Assembly: GCA_013239625.1 (NCBI GenBank) | Contig: MU053645.1 | Span: 434,001 to 498,000, forward strand | DNA length: 64,000 bases | Source: Lama guanicoe | Lineage: Eukaryota | Reading direction: 5' to 3' | In this document: in pieces, positions 36,881-50,100 of the stretch | Layout: every line of letters begins with the position of its first letter | Position numbering within the stretch: position 1 is the stretch's first letter | Position numbers and translations under genes: made by a program | Notes under the pieces: model-generated | Seen by the model: only the letters and a program-made list of their open reading frames with translations | Databases searched by the model: none | What the model was told of the DNA's origin: nothing

Positions 36881-39800
36881 AGCAAATTGAATCCTATTTC
36901 CTGCTGGTCCCTTTTGGCATTTTTTTCTTTGTTCCCTCCTCTTTTGTTCAGTTCCAAAGGAAGCAGTAGTGATTAGTGTAAGAATGTAAGACATTTCATT
37001 GTAATATTTTCCTTCTACCTGTGAATGGAGTCTGGCTTTCCTTGGCTTGGCCTCTCACCGCAAATTGTTTACTTAGGGATTGTGGTGAAGGGGCGGGGGT
37101 GAGGGGGTAGGTGGGCCCTGGGGCTTAGTCTTGGAGTTAATGGGAAAAAATTGTAGCCCTGATTATAAGGAGGGGAAAGCTTATCTTTCTTTTCTGTATT
37201 CATTTTAGGCTCTATCATTTATATTCTCTTTTGAACTAGGAACGCCAATCAATATTATTCATTGATTTATTTTGGTGTACACATCCTCAGGCACCAAAAA
37301 GCATTTAAGAAAAGTAGAAGACATACACTCTATTCTTTAAAAAGAACTCAGTTTGGCTTGATTGTCTCCATCCTGAGCAGAACCCTAAAAGATGAAGGAA
37401 ACGAAAGAGTAAAAACTACCCTCATGGGGAGCATTATGAGGGTGAAATCTAGGCAAAATCTTGAAACAAAGACATTCCTTATGTGTCTATGTGTTGCTCC
37501 CTAGTCCCTCTATTTCACCCCTTCTGTGGCTCTTTTCAGGTGCTGAGCACCAAATGTTTTCTCCCTAAATTCAAATTCAAGAATCCATCTCTCATTCACA
37601 CTCAAGTATACATGGCTGAGAACAGCTTAGGGAGTTTCATTGGGTGTCTATGTGTGTATCAGATTTTAAACAGAAATAAAAAATTAAGTGTAAAATATGT
37701 CAATGTCACTCTGATCGTTAGATTTGAAACATTAGTCAACAGGTAGAAGCAGTGTAGAAACTCTGAAGGTACAGAGAAACTTTCCTAGGGCTTTTGAGTC
37801 CACATCACAAAGATCACCTGCTCTGCCTACACAGAAGGTCCCACCCTAGCAAACTTGCTGTCTAATTGGTACAAGTTTAACAGCAAAATCTGTAGTTCTT
37901 CCCTTGGACTTTAAAATTTCAAGACTCAAGGTACGCAGTTGTTGCTGTGTTCATATTCTCTGAAGTTCAATAAACAAAGAAGTAATGAGTATGCAATCAG
38001 ATAACTCAACTGAGATAATAACGAGGGGTCACATTGAGTTTATCACAGATCCCTGTGGAAAAATAAAGCAAAGAATAAATATAAAAAAATCTTAAGTAAG
38101 AACTTATGAATGTATAAATGTGTTAATTCTCTCTTAGGGCCATGGCATGCTGCATAACCTAGCTGATTTAGTTCTTGGTTGCCCCCTTTACCTAACAAAG
38201 TCTCTTGGTCTTAATGACTATATGACAGTAAAATAAATCTTTAGCAAGGAATGAAATAGTAAAAATGGCAGTAGAGAAGCATCACTATAGGGCTCAGTCC
38301 ACTTCATCTATCTTCATGCTTGGCCTGTAGCCCAAATTTCTCTTTCTCTCTGAGAGGTGAGAGAAACTTCCCTGACCGGGAAGAGAATAAAATGAATGAA
38401 TGTGTTGATGGTGCACCTTCATACTTGAGCACTAAGAGAAGGTTCTGTGCCAAATTCCTTTCCTCAAAGCAGCAAGTAAGAGAAACTTGGTTTTAGGTAA
38501 AACTTGCACAACCGGGTGTGGCTGAAACTCCTCTCAGGGAGAACTGGCATGCGTGATTGTATCTGTCTGGGACTGTGGCTTTCCCAACCGAGAAAGGTAA
38601 CCATTTTGATTTGTTGTATTTGGAAATATTTCCTCAATAATGACAAGTTTTTACACAGGTTATATGGCCTTAGTGAATGCATATTATAAATGCAAGAGTG
38701 GAAGACCGCACAGCCTATTAGAATCAAAGTATTAAAATTTCTGTTCTATTCAGCTGAAATAAAACTGAGCTAAGATCTTGCGTGATTTGGAATCATTTCC
38801 TAAAAGTGAGATATCTGTTTGGGGGCAAAACAGAAGAATGATTGTTGCCAAGAAGTGTTATAAAGAAGTTCCTCCAACTCCTTCCTCTACCTTCAAGAAA
38901 AAATGACAACTTTGACTTTCCTCTTGAGGCCGTTAACAAATCTTATTCAATATTGATAGATCTACGGTCTCTCAAGCAGGCCAAATTCTGAGACCTCATG
39001 TCAGTGTCAAATTCTGTCAGCTGTGAAAGCCAAAATATCTTATTCCCAGAAATATACGGAGCCCTAGAGGAATGATTCACCTGTTACATTTAACTAAAAA
39101 AAGGATTTATTGACCATTTCCTCAGCATCCAGTCCTAGATGTGAGGGAGAATGAAAGAGTATATGGCAAGGCCTTTAATCTCAGGAAGTTTATGAAGACC
39201 ACACCTGAACATCCTGCAGGTCAGGGGCCAGTGATTTCATTAGTTCTGTGTAGCTGTCAGCAGAGTTAAGCCACAGTGAGCTCAGACAGGCTTAAGGCAC
39301 AGGCAGAAAAGAAAAAGAAAGGGAGACAAATAATAGAAGACCTGGGAGAGTATGAGAAGACAAAGGAAAGATTTGTGAGACTAAAAAAGAATAAGGTATA
39401 AAAGATGGGGTGTGGATGAGCGAGCAATAGTTAGGAAGAGGGAAGAAAACCTGGGGAACCTAAAAGTTTAGGCTGTCTCACCTCTTTAATTAACACCCAC
39501 ATCAACTTTTAAAGTGCTGGATTCCTTAAATAATAAGTCAGGATCCACAGCTGGGTTAGCTCTGGGTTTGTACTGAAGGTTGTTGAAGGAAGGGAAAAGG
39601 ACAAAGGGCTCTGACATGCTTGAATCCCTTCACGTGCCTGTCACAATGTCAAGGTGTAGGAAGTTCCTAAGCCGGCACTGAGAGTGAATCTTGGCTTTTC
39701 ATTGCATAAGGCATTGAGGCTCGAATAGTGCCAGACCATCTTGTCTCTTCTAGGAAGGTTAAATTTCCAGTCAATATATTGCCCCCCGGAGAAACAGGTC

Positions 39801-40814
39801 TGAGTTTGTTTATTTATTCACTCCTGAAATTGGATTCCGGATGCTGAAGAAGCGGGGGCTGTTTTCTGAGGAAATTAGAGACTGTGTCAGGGCAGCATGC
39901 CCTCGCCATCCCTCTCCATTTGCTGTGAAGAAGGACCAGACGGGATGATGGATAGTTGGGGGCATTCATGGCTGTTGAATATGCCTAATCTGAATTCTCG
40001 GCAATTAGGGCTATTCAGCTTTAACCCTTTGGCTGGACTAGACATTTCACCAGATGCAGCAGAGCACTGACTAAATCTGTCTTTTCCTCTCTGGCGACCT
40101 CTCATCTGCCTGAGTACTTTCCCTTAGACGCAAATTTGTTCTATTTAAAAAGATGCTGTGGACACATTTCAAAGTATAGTTACGGAACACACAATTTTCC
40201 CCTCTTATCACAATTAAGCTTTTGTACAAAAAGGCTTTAGGCAAGTTCTCTGGGCTGCTTTTCTGGAGACACACATTTGCTTTAAAGAATTCTTACCCCA
40301 TAACTAGATCAGATACCTGCATGAAATCCTCCTCAGTCTCCATCCTTCAATCCAGATGATGCAGGCAAGAGTCCCATATTATCGTATAATCACTGAATAT
40401 CAGCCAGAGGGAACCAGAGAACGTTTAGTTATCCTCATCACTTGAGAAGTGAGAAAATCTAAACTCAGAGAATTGAGATTTGCCCACATTCACACAGCAA
40501 TTTATGGTAGAGCTGGGGTCTTTGACTTGGACAGCAGTGAATAAATAGGGTCATAAGAGATAGCATACTTAGTATCTCTTCTTAGGTGATTTAGTCTTCT
40601 AATATTTCACTTTCCATTGACTTTTAATACACTTAATGCTTACTTTCTAGAAATTTTTCTTTCTTTTTTCCACCTAAAACTCAAAATGGATCATCAGTTT
40701 TCCACTTCGGTTAAAACTGTTAGGAGCAGCTGTTGAATTCTGTACAACGTTTGCTCTCCATAGTGCCTTTCACATAACCGGCACATCACTCACTTGATAA
40801 ATATATGGGGAAGC

Positions 40815-41045
40815 AGAACAGTTTAATAAAAAGAGCCCTGAATTTGAAGCCAGACAAACCTAATTTTCATCTCAACACTGCTGCTAACCAGCTATGAGGC
40901 CTTGAGTAAGTTGTGTGCTACATCGGAGCCTCATTTCTGCATCTATAAAATGGAACTAATAACGGTACCTACCTCATGGGATTGTTGTGACAATTGAGGT
41001 AATTCATACAGAGTCCCTGCACTAGTAAGTAAATGGTGGCCATTC
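40815..41045 (+). mobile_element. MIR SINE
   Basis: AAGAGCCCTGAATTTGAAGCCAGACA...GAGCCTCATTTCTGCATCTATAAAATGG..TACCTACCTCATGGGATTGTTGTGA. Confidence 0.85.
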
Positions 41046-41157
41046 ATATTACTGGGGAAGGGGTGAATGAATACTGGAAAGTGAGAGATCTACTCTCAAC
41101 AGAACAGTCATAGGAAAGAGTTAAACAGAGGTTCAAGAGGAGAAATTGAATAGCTTC

Positions 41158-41177
41158 CCAGCGCCCCCTTGAGTTAG
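41158..41177 (-). promoter_or_regulatory. Candidate CTCF site
   Basis: The minus strand reads ACTCAAGGGGGCGCTG against the CTCF core CCACCAGGGGGCGCTG. The 3' half is perfect with its CpG intact; the 5' half has 3 mismatches. Confidence 0.4.
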
Positions 41178-41234
41178 AGTTCAGATTGCTTTTTTTGCTT
41201 TAATGTTGGTTTAAAGCCGATTCCTAGACTATCC

Positions 41235-41410
41235 TGAAACTGTCAGAGCTGAAAGGGACTTTTAGAGACACTTTGTTCAAACCCCTCATTTTACAGAGTT
41301 GGAAAGTGAGGCTAAAAGATAAACTGAATTCACTTGGTCACAAACCTAGTTGAGGTAGGACCATATTTTGAGTTTTTAAGTGTTTCTTTGCAGTACATTT
41401 TCTCTATAAT
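41235..41410 (-). mobile_element. MIR (MIR3/MIRc-like)
   Basis: TGTCAGAGCTGAAAGGGAC..TTAGAGA...CCCCTCATTTTACAGAG..GGAAAGTGAGGCT. Confidence 0.8.
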
Positions 41411-41594
41411 GCTTGCTTCTGCATCACATCTGATTTCAAACATCTGCACAAAAACATACTCCGAAGCCACATCACATGATTGGGGTCTTACCTAGCATTT
41501 TGGATTAGCCATGCCTCTGCTCCTCTTCTGTAGCATGAATAAGCAAATGGATAACATAATTTGGGGGTAAACTTAAAGGTTTAATTCCTAAAGG

Positions 41595-41623
41595 GTGTGT
41601 GTATTATGTATGTGTGTGTGTAT

Positions 41624-41656
<33 letters not shown>
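41595..41656. repeat. Interrupted (TG)n microsatellite
   Basis: Read directly. Confidence 0.95.
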
Positions 41657-41658
<2 letters not shown>

Positions 41659-43949
41659 CAGGCCTCCCTGCATATAAGCTCGGTGAACGAAATATACAGA
41701 AAAGAAAAAGAGATAATCTGTCAAACAGAAGACTGAAAGCTTTCCAAGTCACAAGCAAAGTGCTGTGGCAAGCTGGGCTTTACGGCGTGGAACAGAGTAG
41801 CACCTTGGAGTATTCTCTTTCTTTGGGGAAAGGGAATCTGCAGTGGAAACTGGAAAAGTGTGGCTTCTTAGCTACTGACTTTTTCTGTGAAGTGGCTAAT
41901 CTCGTCTTCTGTTTCCTTGCCATGACACTGCAACTGTCCTGTGAACAAACTGCCATTTCAAAGGAAGGTGGTGGGGGGGGACTCAGTGGCAGGCTGAAGG
42001 CATCCTAAAACAAGGTTCAAGAAATGGTTTTGTAAATTAGCCAGTTCAGGATCAACAAGACCTGGCAGCTGGGAGTCCATGGCTTGTAGCCCACTGGTTA
42101 GTCTCGCCAAGGCCTGGGCCAATGCCCCCAACACGGTGCAGGCAAAAAAAAAAAAAGATCTCTGAATGGAAAACTATGCATTGTTTAGATCACACCCTTC
42201 TCTATATCTGAGTTTAGTCTTTCACTGTGTTTGAACAATTTTACAACTCTGTAAACTGGGAAACTGAGAGTAGTGCAAAATAATTCCTGTCCATAGACAA
42301 GTAAATTCAAGCCACTGTACGTCCAATGGTCCCCCCACCCTCCCCCCCCCACGCAAATACATACACATTCTTTCAAAGAGACCAGTTAGCCTCCATCTAT
42401 ATATATATTTCAATATTCCTGATGTATAATGGCCTTCTTTTTTCTTGAATTCCCCGTCAAACTAGGTGTGTGACACTGCAACAGTTTCCTCAGTAAAGAG
42501 TTAAGCAAAATCTCTAACATTTGTTCATTTTCACATCTGTAGGGGAGTCATGATTTTACATTTCTTTGTAAAATCATCTTTTAACAACAGCCAGGCCAAA
42601 GATACAAAAATCCCCTACCCCTTGGGTATCTAGACAACATATACTGCAGATAGCAGACTTTAAAAATGAGGAAAGCTTTGGCTAACAATTCAGACCCTTC
42701 AGATGTAGCATTGGCAAGTCATGACTTCCTCACATTTGGTGGACTAATCTCTTTGTTGAGCTAGAGTAAGCAAGCTGGGTCCTTTCACTTTTGAAATGGG
42801 CAGCACGACCAATGCAACAGTGGCATCAAATCAGCTCCCCCAGGAAGGCCTGCAAGCCTATTGCAAAAGGTACAGTCAGCTCCAGGAAATGCTCCTCTCA
42901 CCCCTACCCCATTCCCTTCAGCCCCCGACACACAAGCTCCATCAAAATAAAGGGATTCTGCTAACACAGTCTTGCCTGAACAAAGTAAACTTTCACAGAG
43001 ATTCCGTAGTCAATGATTTCAGCAACTTAGGTGCCATTCCTGAACCTGCCATATGTAGAATGGCTGAGGAGAGCTGATTCTGTGAAGCCAACTAGCTTCC
43101 TTAATTATTGAGTGGGATTCTGGGATGTGTGCTCAGCATGCACCTTTGGGCCTATTCCCACCCTAGCCACAAAATGATGTGATAAAACTGTTTTCATCAG
43201 GGCTCAGGGATAGATCTGATTTCAAATGGTGATCAGCATGACTTCATGTCATCAAGAGAACAACTTTCTGGCTTGCCAAGGGTTTCAGGTAACAAACTTC
43301 ATTCTTAAAAAATAAATTAAAAAAAAAAAGAACTTCAGGTTGAAGGTTAGATGTGATGTGGTAGGGGTAATTGGATAAGGGTTGACCAGGAGGAGAGGGG
43401 AAACATTTTAGTATCCACGGCTCATATGTCAATTCTTAGACTTCTCTCCATATTTTCTAGCTTAAAGCAGCATTACCTGACAGAATATTGCATTGGGTTT
43501 CAGCAAATGTAGATTCTCTCCTTCTCTGCTGGTGGTTTTTGTGTGATTTTAGGCTAGTCACTTAGCTTCTCTGCACTTTTGACTTTTTTTTACTTGTAAA
43601 CAAGAATTGTAAGTGTAAAATGGATAATGCTTGTTCTAAATTGGAAAAAAAAAATTTAAAAGGAGGATGTTCATTAGAAGATTAATATTTAAATATGTCA
43701 TTACGGACCATATGACAAGTTGTGTCTTTTTTTTTTTTAAATAAAGCTATAAATGTCAGTCTGGCCCAAATTATGGTCTTAATTTAGAAAATTATTTTTA
43801 AAAAGGTCATATCAGTCCTTACTAAAGAAATTGCAGGACAGACTTGCTCCATTAAAAATAACAAGACAGAAAAAAACAAAAAGGGAAAAATAAGATAGTT
43901 TCTAAGATGAATTAAAAAGCTGTTTCCCTCTTATTATTCCTTTATGTTT

Positions 43950-44090
43950 TCTGGTCACTAATCCTGTAGATCCTCGGGCCAAACCTCAGACTGACTAAAT
44001 GAGACTCTTTAGTGAGATGGGGAGCAGGAGTCTGAATGCTATACAGTATCTCCAAGTGTTTCCAATGCACACTGCTGTTTGAGAGCTGCT
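43950..44090. mobile_element. MER5-like hAT-Charlie MITE fragment
   Basis: GTAGATCCTCGGGCC..CTCAGACTGACTAAATGAGACTCT...GGAGTCTG...TCCAAGTGTTTCCAATGCACAC..GTTTGAGAGCTGCT. Confidence 0.6.
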
Positions 44091-45859
44091 AGGCTTAGAA
44101 GACAGGAGTGATTTAAAGGACAGGTAGAGAATAATATTTCCATGGCTTTTAAACAACTAGTGTGGAGAAATTTTCAATTTTTGTGTTTTTATTTCAAAAC
44201 CTAGTAAAAGTTTTCATCTCCTAAGTACAGTTACCATTGACCATGTTCATATTTAAAATCTTCCCCTAAAACCAAGGAGTCTGAAATTTCTGCTCATCAT
44301 ACTTAGAAGTAAAGGGTAGCCTGAAAACCATCATCACATTTACTTTCCTCTTTTTTCCACTGCTCTGGGTTGAAGAGGGAGTTCTGGATATGTCAGCAGA
44401 AGTTCCACCTGGGACCACTCTGAACTCAGATAATAGATTTAATGAGCTTGAAATGGGTTGTTGACCTTCTTCCAACTCATTAATGCTTTTCGGCAGCTCT
44501 CCTCATTTCTCACTCCCCGTCAGCTACTTTCCAAACACATCTTCTTGTGGCATTTCACTGACAAAAGGATGTATGTGCACCTCGAAAATTCAAAACACCC
44601 TTTCAAAGGCTCATCTGACAAAAAGCAAAGATTGAAAGCATTTCCTTGTATCCCTGCTTTTTTCTTATGTCAGGTTGCTCCTTTTCTGAAATGTACACAG
44701 CTCTGAGTGACTGTAAGTCTATTATCTTCGCTAATACATGCTTAACCTACCTGTCTTCAGACCAGCTAAGACTATTCCAGCTAAGGCTTTTTAACAGAAT
44801 TTAAATAAAGCACTCCTAAAGCAATGTGCTATAAATTCAGATTAATAAGCATTCAGGAGAGATTCTGATACATGAAACTTGTTTTTTCTCTTTTGAGTTA
44901 TTATGCAGTAGAGAATATTTGAATGGCTCTCGAAACATCTGTAGGTAGTTTCTAGAAGTCTGATCTGATATTTGAATTTGCAAGAACAATGATTTCTGCT
45001 TTTTTCTAAATTTTCCAATGCACCCTGAACTCCCTTCTCTGTACACGCTCTGAGGCAGCTCCACCGTGCACAGCAGTCTCTTGTTCTCTAATTGCCATCC
45101 TGGGACACTTTTCACTCTCAACACTCTGGCCTGTAGGCACTTGAGGGCAGGGACTAAATCATCTCCTTCTCTCTCTCCCAGACCCCTGAGCACAGAGTCA
45201 ACAGTCAGGAAAGACTTGTCGATTGATCTGAGGAAAATACACTCCAAATCATAATGTGTTCAGTAGTTACAAGATAAAATGCAACTTTTAAGTTGCTGTG
45301 AAGCAAGTGGGTTTAGAGATGTCAGCCTGTCGAAGTCAGGTACTCACAAGAGGTTTAGTCATCGTGGCCACATCCATAGGCAGAATTCATTGCTCCTTCC
45401 TCTGAATGTACTGAACACTTGTTTCATCCTGCCTTGTAATATAGGTAGTTCCAAACAGATCTGTCATACCCATTTGACTATGAACTTCTCGAGGTTATGG
45501 ATTATGCTTAATATTTACTATCTCTGGGACCTAGCACAGAGCCTGGCAAAAAGAAAACAATCAAGAACTAGTCTGTGACATGTATGTGTGCATGTGTTGT
45601 GTATGATTCAGGACTAGGACTCTTCACCCTCTTTTCACTAAAAGGTGAGGATGCAAATGGTTTCCTAAGGCTCCTTTCAGAAGGCAGTACTGTGGTTCCA
45701 TAAAAATACTGTAGAAATTGAAGTGAGCTGAACCCAAATAATACATCTATGTCCAAATAAAATAAGACTCAATAAAGTTTTATGATTTGGATATGAAGAA
45801 TCACCCTATGGTGACTTTATAGGAGAGACTTATTCTCTTTCATATCATAAAGAAATACA

Positions 45860-46110
45860 GTTATCATTTATCAAGCGCCTATGGCATGTCAAGCATCGTC
45901 AAAAGTGCCTTCACATGGGTCAAGTACCTCATTTAATTCTCACAGCCACCTCCTGGATAAGTGTCATTAGTCCTATGTTTCAAATGAGGAAACTGAAGCT
46001 CAGAGAGGCGAACCTGTTTGTTCAAGGTCATACTGAAAATTAGTGGCAGAGCTAACCCATGGTTATGATTTCACACAATGTCGGTGTGACTCCAGAGCCT
46101 GACTTTGGGA
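45860..46110 (-). mobile_element. MIR SINE
   Basis: CTCATTTAATTCTCACAGCCACC...AAATGAGGAAACTGAAGCTCAGAGAGG..TTCAAGGTCATAC..AGTGGCAGAGCT. Confidence 0.9.
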
Positions 46111-46529
46111 CTTGATGTTATTGCTATTGGCAAGATGAGCAGGCACATGGCTAGCCTCAACCCTCTCAGTATAGAGGTTCCAGTCCCATATCTAGAGGTG
46201 AATGACACCTTGGCAAATCAATTTGAATAACATTTCCTTCAACACATATGTAGATGATCTCTGATTAGAAAGAAGATCTGGGGAGGACTGGAGGGCAAAA
46301 ACTAGGCACAAAAGGTCAACTTGAAGTGGGAGTTGTAGATTCAGGTGATGGATTAGTAGACGTCTTAATGAGAAGGAATTACGAGTATTAATACACTGAT
46401 GGCATGTCTGTGTATAATCCTCAGGTGAGTTATAAGAACAACTTGTGTGTTTCCTTATTGATTCCTTCTGAACTTCTCCTTTCAAGATACTCTTCAAATA
46501 CTGACTGCGACTGTGCAACACTGTCCCAC

Positions 46530-47138
46530 TTAGTCCCACAGGCAGCATTAGATCGGAAAAATCACCAGGCATGATGTAGTCCCAGCCTACCTTTCCCACT
46601 TGATTTGAACCATTCTGGTTCCTCTTCACTCTTCCCCAACCAGACTGGCCTTCTTTTAGGTCTTCAATCAGGCCAAGCATTTTCCCATTTTCCCTCTTCA
46701 GGCATTCAATCTGTTTTTAAGTCCTTCCTGGAATGCTCTTTCTCCACATTTTCCTTGGCTAATTCCAACACACCCTTTGAGTCTCAGCTTAAATTTCTTT
46801 CCAAATAAAGATCTTTTTTTTTCTTTTTTTAAACATTTTTTATTGAGTTATATAAAGATCTTTTCTTAGGCACCCACTGGCCAAATTTAGAATATGTTCC
46901 CCTTAATACACTCTCTTATCACACCCTATTCTTTCCTTCACTACCTCTTACTATTAGTTATCATACATTTATTGTTGTGTGTTTATTTGTTTAATGTCTA
47001 TATTTAAAACTTGACTCCAAGCTCCACCAAGGCAGGGACTACATCCATTTATTCATCATCTATTGTATCCTCAATAGATGACACTGTACCTAATTTGTGA
47101 GAGGAGCGCAATAAAAGTTTGTTGAATAAATGAATGAG
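46530..47138 (+). mobile_element. L2a 3' end
   Basis: TCCTTCCTGGAATGCTCTTT...GTCTCAGCTTAAAT...AAGCTCCACCAAGGCAGGGAC...CAATAAAAGTTTGTTGAATAAATGAATGA. Confidence 0.9.
46818..46851 (-). mobile_element. Ultra-short (34 nt) L1 3'-terminal insertion with a 13-bp TSD
   Basis: The minus strand ATAACTCAATAAAAAATGTTTAAAAAAAGAAAAA matches the terminus of the L1 at ~12772. TSD ATAAAGATCTTTT at 46805-46817 and 46852-46864. Confidence 0.85.
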
Positions 47139-47199
47139 TCACCATAATTTAGGGAATGATCTTCATGTAGCCAGCAGAGACAGGAGAATTTACTTAGAG

Positions 47200-50100
47200 T
47201 GATCTAATCTAAAGAGTGCCCAAATGAAATCTGGTCCTAGAACTGGAAGAAACTGCACCTCTGTTTTAGTTTATTTATTAGATTGCATCTGGAGTAGCAG
47301 GCCCACATTTGGGATTTTGAAAAAACTGAAGAGTACTCTGAAGAGGGGTAGCAGAATGACGAGCAGGAAAGAAAATGAAAATTAATCAAGCTACTACTAT
47401 ATCAGACACTACACTAGGTATTATCTATCAATATATCCTCATTAAATAAAGGAAGTAAATCATGATAGTTAAAGGTGAGGACACTAGAACCAGACTGCCT
47501 GGGTTCAAATCCCTACTCTGCCAAAATCAGTTATATGACTTTGGACAGCATTTACTATTGCAACACTCTTCTGTGTAAAATATTCTTTTTAATGTGATGG
47601 TAAATGGGATTATTTCCTCAATTTCTTTTTCTGCTATTTAGTTGTTAGTGTATAGAAATGCAACTGATTTCTGTATATTAATTTTGTATCCTGCAACTTT
47701 ACCAAGTTCATTGATGTGTTCTAGTAGTTTTCTTTAGGATTTTGTATGTATAGTATCATGTCATATTCAAACAGTGACAGTTTTACTTTTCCAATTTGGA
47801 TTCCTTTAATTTTTTTTTTCTTCTCTGATTGCTGTGGCTAGGACTTCCAAAATAATGTTGAATAAAAGCGGCAAGAGTGGACATCCTTATCGTGTTCCTG
47901 ATCTTAGAGGAAATGCTTTCAGCTTTTTACCATTGAGAATAATGTTAGCTGTGGATTTGTCATATATGGCCTCTATTATGTTGAGGTATATTTCCCCTAT
48001 GCCCTCTTTCTGGAGAGTTTTATCATAAGTGGATGTTGAATTTTATCAAAGGCTTTTTCTGCATCTATTGAGATGATCATATGGTTTTTATTTTTTACAA
48101 TTTGTTAATGTGGTGTATCATATTGATTGATTTGTGGCTACCGAAGCATCCTTGCATTCTTGGGATAAATCCCACTTGCTCATGGTGTATGATCTTTTTA
48201 ATGTACTGTTGGAGTCGATTTGCTAGTATTTTGTTGAGGATTTTTGCATCTATATTCGTAAGTGATATTGGCCTGTAATTCTCTCTTTTCTTTGTGACAT
48301 CTTTGTCTGGCTTTGGTATCAGGGTGATGGTGGCCTCATAGAATGAGTTCAGAAGTGTTCCTTCCTCTGAAACTTTTTGGAATACTTTCAGAAGGACAGG
48401 CATTAACTCTTCTCTAAATGTTTGGTATAATTCCACTGTGAAGCCATCTAGTCATGGACTTTTGTTTGTTGGGAGTTTTTAAAATTACTGATTCAGTTTC
48501 AGTGCTGATAATTGGTCTGTTCATATTTTCTATTTCTTCCAGATTCAGTCTTGGGAGACTGTACCTTTCTAAGAAGTTGTCTGTTTCTTCTAGGTTGTCC
48601 ATTTTCTTAGCATATGGTTGCTCACAGTAGCTTTTTATGATACTTTGTATTTCTGTGGTGTCAACTGTAACTTCTTTTTATTTCTGATTTTATTAATTTG
48701 GGCCCTCTCCCTTTTTTTTTTCTTGATGAGTCTAGCTAAAGGTTTATCAATTGTGTTTATCTTGTCAAAGAACCAGGTTTTAGTTTCATTGATCCTTTCT
48801 TTTGATTTTTAGTCTCTATTTTATTTATTTCTGCTCTAATCTTTACGATTTTTCTTTCTACTAACTTTGGGTTTTGTTTGTTCTTCTTCTACCCCGTTGC
48901 TTTAGGTGTAAGGTTAAGTTATTTATCTGAGATTTTTTTTTTGTTTCCTGAAGTAGGCTTGTATTGCTATAAACTTCCCTCTGAGAACTGCTTTTGTTGC
49001 ATCCCAGAGGTTTTGGATCCTCATGTTTTCATTTTCAGTTGTCTCTAGCTATTTTTTTATTTCCTCCTTGATCTCTTCAGTGATGCATTGGCTGTTTAGT
49101 AGTATATTGTTTAGCCTCCACATGTTTGTGGTTTTTACAGTTTTTTTTTCTCGTAGTTGATTTCTAATCTCATAGCATTATGGTCAGAAAAGATGCGTTA
49201 TATGATTTAAATTTTCTTAAATTTACCGAGGCTTGCTTAATATCAAAAAACAAACAATGCAATCAAAAAATGGGGAGAAGACCTAAATAGACATTTCTCC
49301 AAGAAGACATCCCAATGGCCAATAGGCACATGAAAACATACTCAGTATTGCTAATTATTAAAGAAATGCAAATCAAAACTACAATAAGGTATCACTTCAC
49401 ACCAGTCAGAACAGCCATCATTAAAAAGTCTACAAATAATAAATGCTGGAGAGGTTGTGTAGAAAGAGGACCCCCCCACACACACACTATTGGTGGGAAT
49501 GTAAATTGGTGCAACCACTATGGAGGACAGTATAGAGAGTCCTCAAAAAACTAAAACTAGACTTACCATATGATCCAGCAATCCCACTCCTGGGCATATA
49601 TCCAGAGAAAACTATAGTTTGAAAAGATACATGCACCCCAGTGTTCATAGTAGTACTATTTGCAATAGCCAAGACATGGAAACAACCCAAATGTCCATCA
49701 ACAGATGACTAGATAAAGAAGATGTGGTGTATGTATATACATACACATACACACAATGGAATATTACTCAGCCATAAAAAGTGCAATAATGCCATTTTCA
49801 GCAACATGGGTGGACCTAGAGATAATCAAGTGAAGTAAGACAGAGAAAGACAAGTATCATATGATATCACTTATATATGGAATCTAAAAAAAAAGGATAC
49901 AAATTCTATTTACAAACCAAAAACAGACTCACAAACATAGAAAACAAACTATGATTACCAAAGGGGGAAGGGTGTGGAGGGATAAATTAGGGGTTGGGGA
50001 TTAACAGACACACATTACTACATATAAAATAGATAAAATACAAGGGCCTGCTGTATAGCACAGGAAACCATATTCAGTTTCCTGTAATAACATATAATGG

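Noticed and set aside
40138..40150. MEF2-like site CTATTTAAAA
   Set aside because: It does not match YTAWWWWTAR at a key position, and the background is AT-rich.
41595..42008. 137-aa ORF beginning MCVLCMCVC
   Set aside because: It starts inside a (TG)n microsatellite and the remainder has no recognisable domain.
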